The notes: generated by a model from the letters alone, not told the origin. 64,000 nucleotides of DNA from Eledone cirrhosa (GCA_964016885.1 OZ024742.1:256866001-256930000); one strand, 5' to 3'; numbered from the stretch's first letter, positions 28,142-41,756 are shown. Numbers and translations: made by a program.

Positions 28142-28316
28142 TGGTATTTACATTGTAGTTCAGCTCTGTAGTATAGCTGTTATTTTACATCGAGCTATTT
28201 TCATACGTGTAGCTGGTTAATATTTATTATTACCCTCATTATATATATATATATATATATATTGTGGGTTATAAATATTACCCAGTTAAAAGTATGCAAA
28301 TAGGTCGATGTAAAAT
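27293..28316. repeat. Diverged fold-back element (arms about 27293-27600 and 27840-28240) with extra copies of its 60-bp terminus
   Basis: The arms align as reverse complements. The terminal motif TTACATCGAGCTATTTTCATAC..GTAACTGG also occurs at 24772-24830 (plus) and 28262-28316 (minus). Confidence 0.75.
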
Positions 28317-28428
28317 ATTTATATATATGTATATATATCTATACATATCTCTCTCTCTCTCTCACTGTGTTTCTCTGTGTGACTGTGTGACTGTGTGACT
28401 GTGTGTCTGTCTGTGGATATATATATAG

Positions 28429-28496
<68 letters not shown>

Positions 28497-29131
28497 AAAT
28501 TAAGATAAATCAAATGAATTTAATCTAAATCAAAATTATGGGCGTCATGCCAGAAAGATATGTGCCATATCACCCGCAAAATAAGCTCTAAGATTCTAAC
28601 GAGTAGGTCCGAGCATTTTATAATAACTAGAGATTGATTAACATATAAATAAACATGAATAATCAGAGGAGAGAATTTGTATAAGTGTGTAACCATGGAT
28701 ATAGATATATAAATACGGCTCCTTAATTGTAGAGCTAACTCTGTTGAAAGGACTCGACTGCTGTTTCTAGTTGTCGATAACCTTATTCACGCCACTGGGA
28801 CGAAACTAGTATGATGTGTGTATTTCTAGTAAATACAACACGTGCTGTCCAGACGCTGATTTGAACTAGTAGTGTAAACACGGATTGCTGGAACTTCTTC
28901 CTTGTTGAAAATCCAAGTCTCCACTACTGTGGTCTACCATCTGATTAATTGGTGAACTATATTTTTTTAATGGAATATATACAGGGAATATTAATCATAG
29001 TATAAGGTATCTATTTTTGAAGTTCTGCTCAACTTTATCTAGTTACCTACCTAGCTATGTGTGGTTACACACTTGTAAAAACTATCTCCTGTAATTATTC
29101 ATGTTTATTTATATGTTAATCAATCTCTAGT

Positions 29132-29220
<89 letters not shown>

Positions 29221-29233
29221 ACTATATATATAT

Positions 29234-29407
<174 letters not shown>

Positions 29408-29833
29408 GGATGTGGGTACAGTGGATTTGTTGAACATATATGACTAACGTTGGTGAATTTCTGAAGACACGTGTAAACGCCTTATATAAAAAATGCGTTA
29501 AATCGTGAAATGCCATTATTGTAAATGACACCTTTACTGGAACAAATACAACTTTCCACTGAAGTATTACAGCTTAAACAATTTAACTATCGCATTCTAA
29601 TATCTGGACATGGATGAAGAGACATCAGGAAAACATTTCAATAAGTTGATCTGTTTTATGCGACACGTTGTATCATACATTTAGAATATGACATTACATA
29701 TTTTTGTGCATGTGTATGTGTTAAAATTAGATAGGTTTACGTTGAGTGTGTAATATAAACATCATATTCATGCACCCACCCCCCACACACACATACAAAC
29801 ACACACATTCACACATACACACACACCTATATG

Positions 29834-29874
<41 letters not shown>

Positions 29875-29882
29875 GTGTGTTT

Positions 29883-30148
29883 GTGAAGGCGCATGGCTTA
29901 GAGGTTAGAGCATTGGTCTTGCAATCGAAAGGTTGTGAGTTCATTTCTCAGACCGGGAAATGTGTTGTTTCCTTCAGCAAGACACTTTATTCCACGTTGC
30001 TCCAGTTTACTCAGCTGTAGAAATGAGAACTGGCCTGCCCGCCCAGCCAGTGGGATGGCGTTATCTTATGTCTAAAACAGCACGATGTGCTGTGACCAAC
30101 AGCGCCAATTGGCGCCCGACAGACTGGTCGTCAAGGCGATCAAGGTGA
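29883..30148 (+). mobile_element. tRNA-derived SINE (second family)
   Basis: A-box-like TGGCTTAGAGGTTAGAGC and B-box-like GAGTTCATTTC, then AGCAAGACACTTTATTCCACGTTGCTCCAGTTTACTCAGCTG. A degenerate relative lies at about 46524-46700. Confidence 0.7.
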
Positions 30149-30185
30149 TATATATAAATATATGTATTTATATATATAGGAATAT

Positions 30186-30226
<41 letters not shown>

Positions 30227-30270
30227 TATAAATGTATATATACTTAAATATATACATATTTCAATAAATA

Positions 30271-30302
<32 letters not shown>

Positions 30303-30309
<7 letters not shown>

Positions 30310-31212
30310 GACGTAAAATAAGAACATATTAAAAATTAACTTACTTACTAAAATGTTCACTCCAACTAATTAGTTTGTGTAATGGGATAAAGATAGTTAC
30401 GCAATGTAACTGTCGAGAATTCATTACGTCATCAGGGAGTCTATTCTCAGCTAAGTCTCCAGGCAATGCGCGGACACTAGGGACTCATATAAAAATAATA
30501 ATAATTCGGTGGATGGAACAGCTTGCGGGGACTGAATTCCAAAGCACTGAAAAAGTTCACTGTCTCTGGTCAAATGGCAGATTCTATTGAACCACCTAGG
30601 TACTATGACATAACTTATGTATTTGCTAGCATTAGCGTACATCTGTACGCATATGTCGGTAAATATACTAATTCTCTATATTTATCTCCAAATTATTTAT
30701 TCGTTGATCAAACCTGCCAAATCCACTACTAACTTATTGTAGTGGTAGTAGGCTTTTGTCATTTTACCACCCCACTTCTTCCGACTAGCCTCAGTGTCAC
30801 GTGATTGATTCTTTAACATTTGCCATTTGACCAGAGACAGTGAACTTTTTCAGTGCTTTGAAATTCAGTCCCCGCTAGCTGTTCCATCCACCGAATTATT
30901 ATTATTTTTATATGAGTCCCTAGTGACCGCGCATTGCCTGGAGACTTAGCTGAGAATAGACTCCCTGATGACGTAATGAATTATCGACAGTTACATTGCG
31001 TAACTATCTTTATCCCATTACAGAAACTCATTAGTTGGAGTGAACATTTTAGTAAGTAAGTTAATTTTTAATTTTTAAAATTTTCTTATTTTACGTCTTT
31101 CATATAATTGTTCGGCATCCTCCTGCTTTGAACCACCTAGGTACTATGACATAACTTATGTATTTGCTAGCATTAGTGTACATCTGTACGCATATGTCGG
31201 TAAATATACTAA

Positions 31213-31217
<5 letters not shown>
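30303..31217. repeat. Fold-back element with 277-bp arms and a tail duplicating the spacer
   Basis: Arms 30303-30579 and 30821-31104. Segment 30587-30677 is repeated directly at 31128-31217. Hammerhead-like CTGATGA-stem-GTAAC in both arms. Confidence 0.9.
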
Positions 31218-31307
<90 letters not shown>

Positions 31308-31319
31308 TATATATATAAG

Positions 31320-32083
31320 CCTATTTATTGAAATATGTATATATTTCAGTATGCTTCCATAGGCGGTATGCCGGTTGTGCACTCTATGCTCTTACAGAGC
31401 AGAGTATGATAGAATAGAAAACGAAAAATCAGTGATGCTTCTGAACTCAATGAATTGTGTGTTACAATTGTTTCGCTGGCGGACAGCTCGAGACGCGATC
31501 ATTGTGTGGATCTATGTGATTCTGGACCCGCAAGCTCGACGGACACGTCTAATGATATCAGAGCATATTCTCTCACTGGGATATCTGACCTGCATGGAGC
31601 AGTACCGTCAACAACTTTACTCTCTTAGCGCGTCCTGTGACTGGAAGCTGGTTGGCTACGTCATCATAATTCTGACCACAAGTACCAGACCGCTGACCAT
31701 CAGGACTTTAGCTGTCCCATGTCTGCTACACTTCAATAAATTACTGCTGTATTTGGTAGTTCACACATCAACGCGCTCGCACACACATATACACAACCAC
31801 ACACACACAATCACACAGAAAACAACACTCGCACGCATAGTCGCCCACTATACACACACATTTAAGGAGAACATACAACCATATACACATAAGCATACAT
31901 GCTTCCATAGAGGCACGTACACACACAGACACATGGCCACATGCCTATATACATCAACATACACACACACACATGTCCATACACATGCATACGCGTATAT
32001 ATACCCGTACACACAAACAAATATAGACATATACATAGCTCCTCCCCCTTCACCCACGCACACACATATATATACACACCTAC

Positions 32084-32119
<36 letters not shown>

Positions 32120-32522
32120 TCACACACAAATACACACTCGCTCGCAAACACACATATATACACACAAACAAGCCATTTCCGTACCTAGGTGCTTGTACAC
32201 ACACACACAATGGTTCATATACACTCTTACAAATATGCGCATATTCATATACACTCATTGTCAGTGTTGAACAAATGAGCAACGATGGTTGCTAGACACT
32301 GTACGGCTTAATTCGGGATGTTTGTTTACAAACACACCGATCATTATAATAAATGTTTGGTGAATCCATACGTACATATATATGTGTATGCATGTATGTA
32401 TATATATATATATACATACTACTGTACGTCTGTATACATATATGTATGTACGTATACATTCTTATATTTAAGTAACAGCCGTACCAAGAGTGAGAAATGA
32501 AATTTCGTTTCATTTTTTCGTT

Positions 32523-32572
<50 letters not shown>

Positions 32573-35500
32573 ATATTAAAAAAATATACATATAACGGCA
32601 CATAAAGATACACAGTGGGCTATACATGAAAGGGTATATGTGCCTACAGAGTTGTTGTTACGTTGTGAACATGGATCAATCCACGTATGGAATGTTCGCG
32701 CAAGGCCACACAATGTGCGTTCATGGCATTACAGTAAATAGTATGCGCATACCGTACATAGAAAATGCGTGCAGAATATATATAAAAGAGAAGGAACGTG
32801 TATGCATATGCGATAGTGCACAAGAGAAGCATGAAGTAAACACGTGGGTTTGTATACGGAAAATATATTAGGTGTTACAAAATGGAATGGGTGGAGATTA
32901 TTATGCTCCTCTATAAGTAGAGCGCTTACAGAGATTCGCCATGACAAAATTCCATTACTCTTCCCCATTAAAGGACATCCCGATGTCTTCTGACAGCATT
33001 TACATGAGCCTACTGATACACCACACCAACTATTTCGTTAGACGCCTGAGATGGCGCGCATTTCACCACGACAGAAGGACACATCAACCCGCACCCGATA
33101 ATCCTCAGGACCGCATAAAACGGATCTTTAGATCAAGGCGACACCCACCCCATAACGGACAGCTGGAAGAATTTGAAAAGCGTATCATCAGCATCGTCGA
33201 ATCATCAAATTCCGAAGAAATAATACACGACATACTGATTATCTCCGGAGATTGAGCTCCACAATCAAAAGCATGGAAGAATACCCGCATTTTTCTTGTG
33301 CTCTCGGGAAAAACTGGTAATGTATACATGCTCGACCGATTTACATACAACGACTGCATCGGGAAAGATGTTAGGAAAAACTACAGGACCACAGGACAGG
33401 ACAACTTAGAAAACATTAACGCCACGACCCAAAAAATAATGACTGGACTAGGACAGAACAATATGTACCCAGAAAACTTCGGATATTCATTAAAGAATCA
33501 TAAATTAGACTTTAGAACTAATCTACCTGTTAGGCTAATAGCACCCTCCAAATCGGACATAGGTACGACCAGCAAGAAAATCATAGACAGAAAACCTACC
33601 GGTAGTTTGGAAAAAAACTAGGCTTAGCTTATGGACATCAACAAGGAGGTAATTGACTGGTTCTCGCTAATAGATAGCAAACAGCAGGTACATTTTATTC
33701 AATTAGACATAGCTAATTACTACGCTTCAGTATCACCAGTAATCGTGTAGAAGGCCCTCATGAGCGCCATGGCCAAGTCCACCCTCACTAGGAAGGAGGC
33801 AAGCCTCTTAATAGCAACGAGAAAGACGCTAATTAGCTTCGAAGATAAATTATGGGAGAGGTGGGACAGATCCGACAGTTTTGACATTACCATGGGGTCG
33901 AGCGACTCTGCGCAAGTGACGGAACTGGTGGGAATCTATCTCCTCCAACGATTAGCGGAGGAGATTCCAGGGATCGGTGGGGGAATATACCGAGACGATG
34001 CACTGTTTACCTTCCGTTACCTAAACCCCAGCCAGCTGGAGCGTATGAGGAATCGCATATCGAACTTTTTAAAGCAACACAGCTTATCCTTGATGATAGA
34101 TCCTAACACTAAGACGGTGAATTTCCTGGACGTTATCCTGGAAATGAATACGAGCATACACCGACCTTATCACAAGCCCAATGAGATCCTGCAATATGTG
34201 ATAAGACAATCGGACCACCCCATGTCAGTCATAGGAGCAATAGTTAAATGAGTATCCAAACGCGTATCCACCCTGTCGGCCAACGCAGACGTGTTCAACC
34301 AGCACGCCAACTATTATAATGAGGCACTGCACAGGGCCGGTTACACAGAAACCATAGTGTACTCCACGGACAGGGAAGTGCCTTGCGTCGAGGCATGCGG
34401 ATACGACAATAGCAGTAGTACATCCATAGGTAGAGGGAACGACCCGGAATTAGTTTCCAGGTATACGAGTAGCAGCATAGATCACCTCAAGGACACACGA
34501 CCGACAATAAGACAGACGAAGACACACACGGGCTCCAGACCGCCCAGTACACGGGTCCTTACCCTGTCCCTAGAAATAGGGACAGGGTAAAGACATGTAC
34601 GGCCGTGGAACCCTGTAGTGGGAACACCCGGCCCCGTAGCAATGATATAGCCCCGACAACAGCACCACATAGCATTAACGAGACTAATAGTAGAGCCGAC
34701 AATACAAAACGGAATACCTCAGTAAGCGAACGGCGTAACCCCGACGCACACGGTAGACATATAGATAACGGCAACATATAGGACGAAATAACGGGCGGGA
34801 AAAACCCGAGACGGACACCTGACCCAACACAGATTCACGCTACTACACACACACGAAGGAACAAGACAAGGTCGAAGACCTTTACATGGTTTAACGCGCC
34901 GTATTCTAAGCATTACGAGGCCTCTTCTTCCGAGCGTTGGACGAGTGCTTCCCGCCGTCGACCAGATACCAGAAGATTTTCAACCGCCACACGGTGAAAT
35001 TCTCCTCCTCCAGCGCACCTAACATGGAAAACTACATCGCCAAAACCAGCGGCGAAGATAGGGAACCGTCAACCGTTAACCGCGGCGGCCGAATGACCGT
35101 CCATCGTAGCCCAGATGGCCCCTTGCAAACTGGTATTCCAAAAACGACCCGGCCCATGCGGCGGCAGCCACACCCGCGGAAGACGAAACAATCCAACGCC
35201 GAGTGGAATGAGTAGCGGAGGGGAGACCACTGTGTCGGCAGAACAACACCCGGAGAATCGGGAGAGCGCCGTGGCAGATCACGGGCCAGGCGTCCAAAAT
35301 AAATAACAGAACGTGCAACTGCAGCGCGGAAACACAGTGCCCTCTGCAGGGAAGATGCCTAACGAAGGGCCTGCTATATAAATGTGTGGTTAGCACGCAC
35401 AATAAAAAGCGCACCTACATCGGCGCAACATCCACGACCTTTAAATCGCGCATGTATAACCACACAAACTCTTCAAGGACCGGAGCGAGAGGCACTCTAC

Positions 35501-36333
35501 TAGGCTGGCGGAGCTGGTGTGGGACTTGAAAGAAAAAGTCACCCCGATGCCCTCAACTGGAGTATCGTTCGGCACGCGAATGCATATTCGGCTGGAAATA
35601 GAAAGTGTAGGCGATGCCTATCCGAGGCTATTGAGATAGTCAGACTGAAGGATGATGCGGTCAACCTGAAATCGGAAATAATCATGACGTGCAGACACCA
35701 AAGAAGGTGCACACTCTCCGCATGGAATCCACCGGGCAGCCCAACCTAAAGGCATGCGGCGGAGCGCACGCCGACCAGAGCGGCGAAACTGATTTGAAGG
35801 CTCAGACACCATACACTGTTAACTATATATGCCCCGTGGGGTAAGCCGAAATAACCCAGGATGCCTACCCGACTCTACACGTCACCCTAGGCAAAAACAT
35901 CACTTGAGCCGGGACAGGCTGACCCGGATGCCATTGATATTCAGTCAAGTGCCTCACACCAATAAGAGACTATACCTCAACCATAGTGACATATTCCAGT
36001 ATAGCCCCCCCCCCCCCCCCCGCCCTGTATGTGTATCTTTTCTGTGGAGAGTGCATAATCTCCACGCATTCCATTTTGTAATACCTAATGTATTTTCCGT
36101 ATACAGACGCACGTGTGTATTTCATGCTTCTCTTGTGCACTATCTCATATGCATACACATTCCTACTTTTTATTTTATATATACACGCATTTTCTATATA
36201 CGCATTTTCTATGCACGCATCTTCTATCTACGATCTGCGCATACTATTTACTCTAATACCATGAACTCACATTATGTGGCTTTCGTGAACATTCCATACG
36301 TGGATTGATCCATGCTCGCAACGTAACAACATA

Positions 36334-36403
<70 letters not shown>

Positions 36404-37323
36404 CGTGTCTTTTATGTAAAATATATATTTATAACGAGATGCATCCTTTCATGTATGACCCATTATGTATCTTTATATGACTTTGTGTGTATATTGTTTA
36501 TATGTATATATATATATATAATTTGTCTATGCGTGCGCGAGTGTGTATATGAATATGTACGTATGGATTCACCAAACATTTAATATAATGCTCGGTGTGT
36601 TTGTAAACAAACATCCCGAATTAAGCCGTACAGTGTCTAGCAACCATCGTTGCTCATTTGTTCAACACTGACAATGAGTGTATATGAATATGCGCATATT
36701 TGTAAGAGTGTATATGAACCATTGTGTGTGTGTGTGTGTGTGTGTGTACAAGCACCCATGTCGGGAAAGGGCTTGTTTGTGTGTGTATATATGTCATTGT
36801 GCGAGCGAGTGTGTATTTGTGCGTGTATATATGTATATGGGTACGTGTGTATATATGTGTGTGCGTGGGTGGAGGGGTGTGGTCTATGTATATGTCTGTA
36901 CTTGTTTTTATGTACGGGTATATATACGCGTATGTAGAGTACGAACATGTGTGTCTGTGTGGGTACGTGCCTCTCTGGATGCATGTAAGCGTATGTTTAT
37001 ATGTTTATCTGTTCTCCTTAAATGTGTGTGTATAGCGGGCGTCTATGCGTACGACTGTCGTTATCTATGTGATTGTGTGTGTGTGGGTGTGTATGTGTTC
37101 GCGGGTGGATATGTGAACTACCAAACACAGCAGTAATTTATTGGAGTGTAGCATACATGGGACAGCGAATGCCCTGATGGTCAGCGGTCTGGTACCTGTC
37201 GTCAGAGTTATGATGACGTAGACAACAAGCGGCCGATCACGAGACACGCCAATAGGATGAAGTTTTTGACGGTACTGGCCCATGCAGGTCAGATGCATCA
37301 TTGATTTTTCGTTTTCTATTCTA
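31320..37323 (+). mobile_element. Full-length but decayed Naiad-type PLE with about 1.4-kb inverted terminal repeats
   Basis: Coding region 32941-35749. Segment 31410-32915 is a diverged reverse complement of 36045-37323 (shared ...NGSYTLLQICAYSYTLIVSVEQMSNDGC in ORFs 31375+ and 36637-). (TA)n flanks. Confidence 0.9.
32941..35749 (+). pseudogene. Naiad-type RT-GIY-YIG ORF with native N-terminus, multiple stops and frameshifts
   Basis: Motifs LKDIP, FVRRLRWRAF, VRLIAPSKSDIG, FDITMGSSDSAQV, GIYRDD, VNFLD, SDHP, IFNRHTVK, CNC..CPLQGRCL, YIGAT, CRRCLSE and CRHQ. Confidence 0.92.
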
Positions 37324-37350
37324 TATATATATATATATATATAAATATAT

Positions 37351-40324
37351 ATATAGTAGAATAATCGAGTATCGAAAAATCGGCGCACGAGTTCACGATA
37401 AACAAAATTCGAGATGAGCGGCAGAGGGCTCTATAATTCAAATAAATTAGAGCTATAACTATCGTTAAAATACCGTCACACGTAGAATATGTCTACAATC
37501 AACCAAATAACCGAAAAGTTCGATATGGAAGATTCGGGACACTCAGATAAATTATCAATAAATCAATAAATGAAATGAATGTAAAATGCATACCCGGACC
37601 CACTAGAGAGATGGAATATCTAGCTTCTTGGGTTTCTGTAAATCCTTAAACCGTCATCTATCAGCTCATATAAAAATATAAGCCTTACAGATAATCGGGG
37701 GACTGGAGTTACTTCATCAACGAGCTTCGTCCGAATGGATAAAAAGATAAGACCCAGGCTAAAAATACGCACATGGATTTCAGCAAGGGAGATAACCTTT
37801 ATATCCGCAAAAATATTCGGAAAAATGTGGCAAAAACACATATCGAATAAGAGTGCTCAATAGACATGTTAAAATAAACAGGGGCTATTCATCATTTAAT
37901 AGAATCGACAAAAAATGAACAATAAAATTAACAGGTCAATAGCTAAGTCTAGAGCTAAATATAGTAGAATAATCGAGTATCGAAAAATCGGCGCACGAGT
38001 TCACGATAAACAAAATTCGAGATGAGCGGCAGAGGGCTCTATAATTCAAATAAATTAGAGCTATAACTATCGTTAAAATACCGTCACACGTAGAATATGT
38101 CTACAATCAACCAAATAACCGAAAAGTTCGATATGGAAGATTCGGGACACTCAGATAAATTATCAATAAATCAATAAATGAAATGAATGTAAAATGCATA
38201 CCCGGACCCACTAGAGAGATGGAATATCTAGCTTCTTGGGTTTCTGTAAATCCTTAAACCGTCATCTATCAGCTCATATAAAAATATAAGCCTTACAGAT
38301 AATCGGGGGACTGGAGTTACTTCATCAACGAGCTTCGTCCGAATGGATAAAAAGATAAGACCCAGGCTAAAAATACGCACATGGATTTCAGCAAGGGAGA
38401 TAACCTTTATATCCGCAAAAATATTCGGAAAAATGTGGCAAAAACACATATCGAATAAGAGTGCTCAATAGACATGTTAAAATAAACAGGGGCTATTCAT
38501 CATTTAATAGAATCGACAAAAAATGAACAATAAAATTAACAGGTCAATAGCTAAGTCTAGAGCTAAATATAGTAGAATAATCGAGTATCGAAAAATCGGC
38601 GCACGAGTTCACGATAAACAAAATTCGAGATGAGCGGCAGAGGGCTCTATAATTCAAATAAATTAGAGCTATAACTATCGTTAAAATACCGTCACACGTA
38701 GAATATGTCTACAATCAACCAAATAACCGAAAAGTTCGATATGGAAGATTCGGGACACTCAGATAAATTATCAATAAATCAATAAATGAAATGAATGTAA
38801 AATGCATACCCGGACCCACTAGAGAGATGGAATATCTAGCTTCTTGGGTTTCTGTAAATCCTTAAACCGTCATCTATCAGCTCATATAAAAATATAAGCC
38901 TTACAGATAATCGGGGGACTGGAGTTACTTCATCAACGAGCTTCGTCCGAATGGATAAAAAGATAAGACCCAGGCTAAAAATACGCACATGGATTTCAGC
39001 AAGGGAGATAACCTTTATATCCGCAAAAATATTCGGAAAAATGTGGCAAAAACACATATCGAATAAGAGTGCTCAATAGACATGTTAAAATAAACAGGGG
39101 CTATTCATCATTTAATAGAATCGACAAAAAATGAACAATAAAATTAACGGGTCAATAGCTAAGTCTAGAGCTAAATATAGTAGAATAATCGAGTATCGAA
39201 AAATCGGCGCACGAGTTCACGATAAACAAAATTCGAGATGAGCGGCAGAGGGCTCTATAATTCAAATAAATTAGAGCTATAACTATCGTTAAAATACCGT
39301 CACACGTAGAATATGTCTACAATCAACCAAATAACCGAAAAGTTCGATATGGAAGATTCGGGACACTCAGATAAATTATCAATAAATCAATAAATGAAAT
39401 GAATGTAAAATGCATACCCGGACCCACTAGAGAGATGGAATATCTAGCTTCTTGGGTTTCTGTAAATCCTTAAACCGTCATCTATCAGCTCATATAAAAA
39501 TATAAGCCTTACAGATAATCGGGGGACTGGAGTTACTTCATCAACGAGCTTCGTCCGAATGGATAAAAAGATAAGACCCAGGCTAAAAATACGCACATGG
39601 ATTTCAGCAAGGGAGATAACCTTTATATCCGCAAAAATATTCGGAAAAATTTGGCAAAAACACATATCGAATAAGAGTGCTCAATAGACATGTTAAAATA
39701 AACAGGGGCTATTCATCATTTAATAGAATCGACAAAAAATGAACAATAAAATTAACGGGTCAATAGCTAAGTCTAGAGCTAAATATAGTAGAATAATCGA
39801 GTATCGAAAAATCGGCGCACGAGTTCACGATAAACAAAATTCGAGATGAGCGGCAGAGGGCTCTATAATTCAAATAAATTAGAGCTATAACTATCGTTAA
39901 AATACCGTCACACGTAGAATATGTCTACAATCAACCAAATAACCGAAAAGTTCGATATGGAAGATTCGGGACACTCAGATAAATTATCAATAAATCAATA
40001 AATGAAATGAATGTAAAATGCATACCCGGACCCACTAGAGAGATGGAATATCTAGCTTCTTGGGTTTCTGTAAATCCTTAAACCGTCATCTATCAGCTCA
40101 TATAAAAATATAAGCCTTACAGATAATCGGGGGACTGGAGTTACTTCATCAACGAGCTTCGTCCGAATGGATAAAAAGATAAGACCCAGGCTAAAAATAC
40201 GCACATGGATTTCAGCAAGGGAGATAACCTTTATATCCGCAAAAATATTCGGAAAAATGTGGCAAAAACACATATCGAATAAGAGTGCTCAATAGACATG
40301 TTAAAATAAACAGGGGCTATTCAT
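37351..40324. repeat. Tandem array of a 608-bp unit, about 4.9 near-identical copies, embedded in (TA)n
   Basis: The same 73-aa ORF recurs at 37620, 38228, 38836, 39444 and 40052 (period 608). Only two variant sites were noticed (AACAGGTC/AACGGGTC and AATGTGGC/AATTTGGC). Confidence 0.97.
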
Positions 40325-40326
40325 AC

Positions 40327-40373
<47 letters not shown>

Positions 40374-40380
40374 TATATAC

Positions 40381-40509
<129 letters not shown>

Positions 40510-40516
40510 TATATAC

Positions 40517-40584
<68 letters not shown>

Positions 40585-40629
40585 CAAAATATTAATAGAT
40601 GGATACATTCACATATTCAAAATATATGT

Positions 40630-40700
40630 TTCATTATATATATTTCTGGGGTACTCTGTTGTTTTTTCAGTACGACCTCATCAGATAACATACATAAATT
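40630..40700 (-). ncRNA. Putative minimal hammerhead ribozyme (3' repeat copy)
   Basis: The minus strand reads CTGATGA-GGTCGTACT..AGTACCCCA-GAAA-TATA. Stem II is partly degraded relative to the copy at 44675. Confidence 0.5.
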
Positions 40701-41624
40701 GATGTATGGCATACCTCAACTGTGCTGATTGTTCAATTCCAGTCTTGGCAGTGATTTATTACAACAAAACTCAATATTTATATACCACAAGTTAAAGCGT
40801 GACAAACTAAATATGATAGAGAGGGATAATTTGCGAGATATAAGTATTAGGAGTGGGTGAGTAGGAGAAAGTATAGAATAAGTAAATAAATAAATTTTAA
40901 AAAAAACAAAAAAACACATAAGTTTATATAAATATTAAATATATAAATATGTAAATAACCGTGTTATAGAAAATGACAAAAGAGAGAGAGACTGTTAAAT
41001 AGAAGAGAAAAGGGAAAAAGATACAAAGATGAAGATAAAAAGAAGGGAGAAGCAGATAGAGATGATAGAATATATAACTGCATAAGGAAAATAGATAAAA
41101 AAGAAAGAAATAAAGAAAAGAGGGATATGATGCGTGACCGTTTTATTTTTTCAAATATTAAGTCAGGTAGAAGCGATCAATTAAATACCATGAAATTTTA
41201 ATGTATTGTATTTGATAAATTATACTATTATATTACATCAAAATTGAACAATATTAAATATTTTCAATGATAATCAGGAGCATAGTTAAATTAATAAATA
41301 TATTCAATATTTAGTTACAAAATTCCAAGTCTGAAATATTATTAAGTACCAATGTTGTTTATAAGTATAGTAAATAAGTATGAGAATAGTTATCGTAACT
41401 TAATTGCATATCAGCATCTGTATATGCATTTTATATAATGTTTAGAATTATAAATATTATAAACAATATTATTTAAATCAATAATTGTCAATTACATATA
41501 GGATTAATTATTAGTTATATTTACTCTTAAAGTATGATTATTTCTATTCATCTAAATCTTATTGTATTCAATACTATAGGTCAAGTTAAATACAAATTAT
41601 TAATCAATTTGGATAAAACACGAT

Positions 41625-41756
41625 AAATGTAAACAAAAGCTCCGTACAATATATCTAAACGTTTAAATTAACTAAAAGGTTTGAAAGCCTAAATGTAAAC
41701 AAAAGTTCCGTACAACATATCTCAACGTTTAAATTAACTAAAAGGTTTGAAAGCCT
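41625..41756. repeat. 66-bp tandem duplication in the PLE 3' UTR
   Basis: AAATGTAAACAAAAG.TCCGTACAA...GGTTTGAAAGCCT occurs twice in tandem. Confidence 0.85.

Noticed and set aside
29883-29960. tRNA gene
   Set aside because: The cloverleaf is incomplete and the sequence continues into a SINE body.
34249-34251. In-frame TGA in a Naiad ORF (also CNC-TGA near 42390, minus) as possible selenocysteine, since some Naiads are reported selenoproteins
   Set aside because: The aligned positions are Ser and Arg in the intact copy, not Cys. The copies have other disabling lesions, and the intact ORF has no TGA.
37620-37700. Hammerhead in the 608-bp unit (minus strand CTGATAGA...GAAAC next to a hairpin)
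   Set aside because: The core has an extra base, stem II is weak, and there is no UH site or stem III partner.
37620-40273. Five repeated 73-aa ORFs as a tandem gene family, or the array as CRISPR-like
   Set aside because: Non-ATG start and no recognisable domain. The units are identical throughout, with no unique spacers, and the context is eukaryotic.
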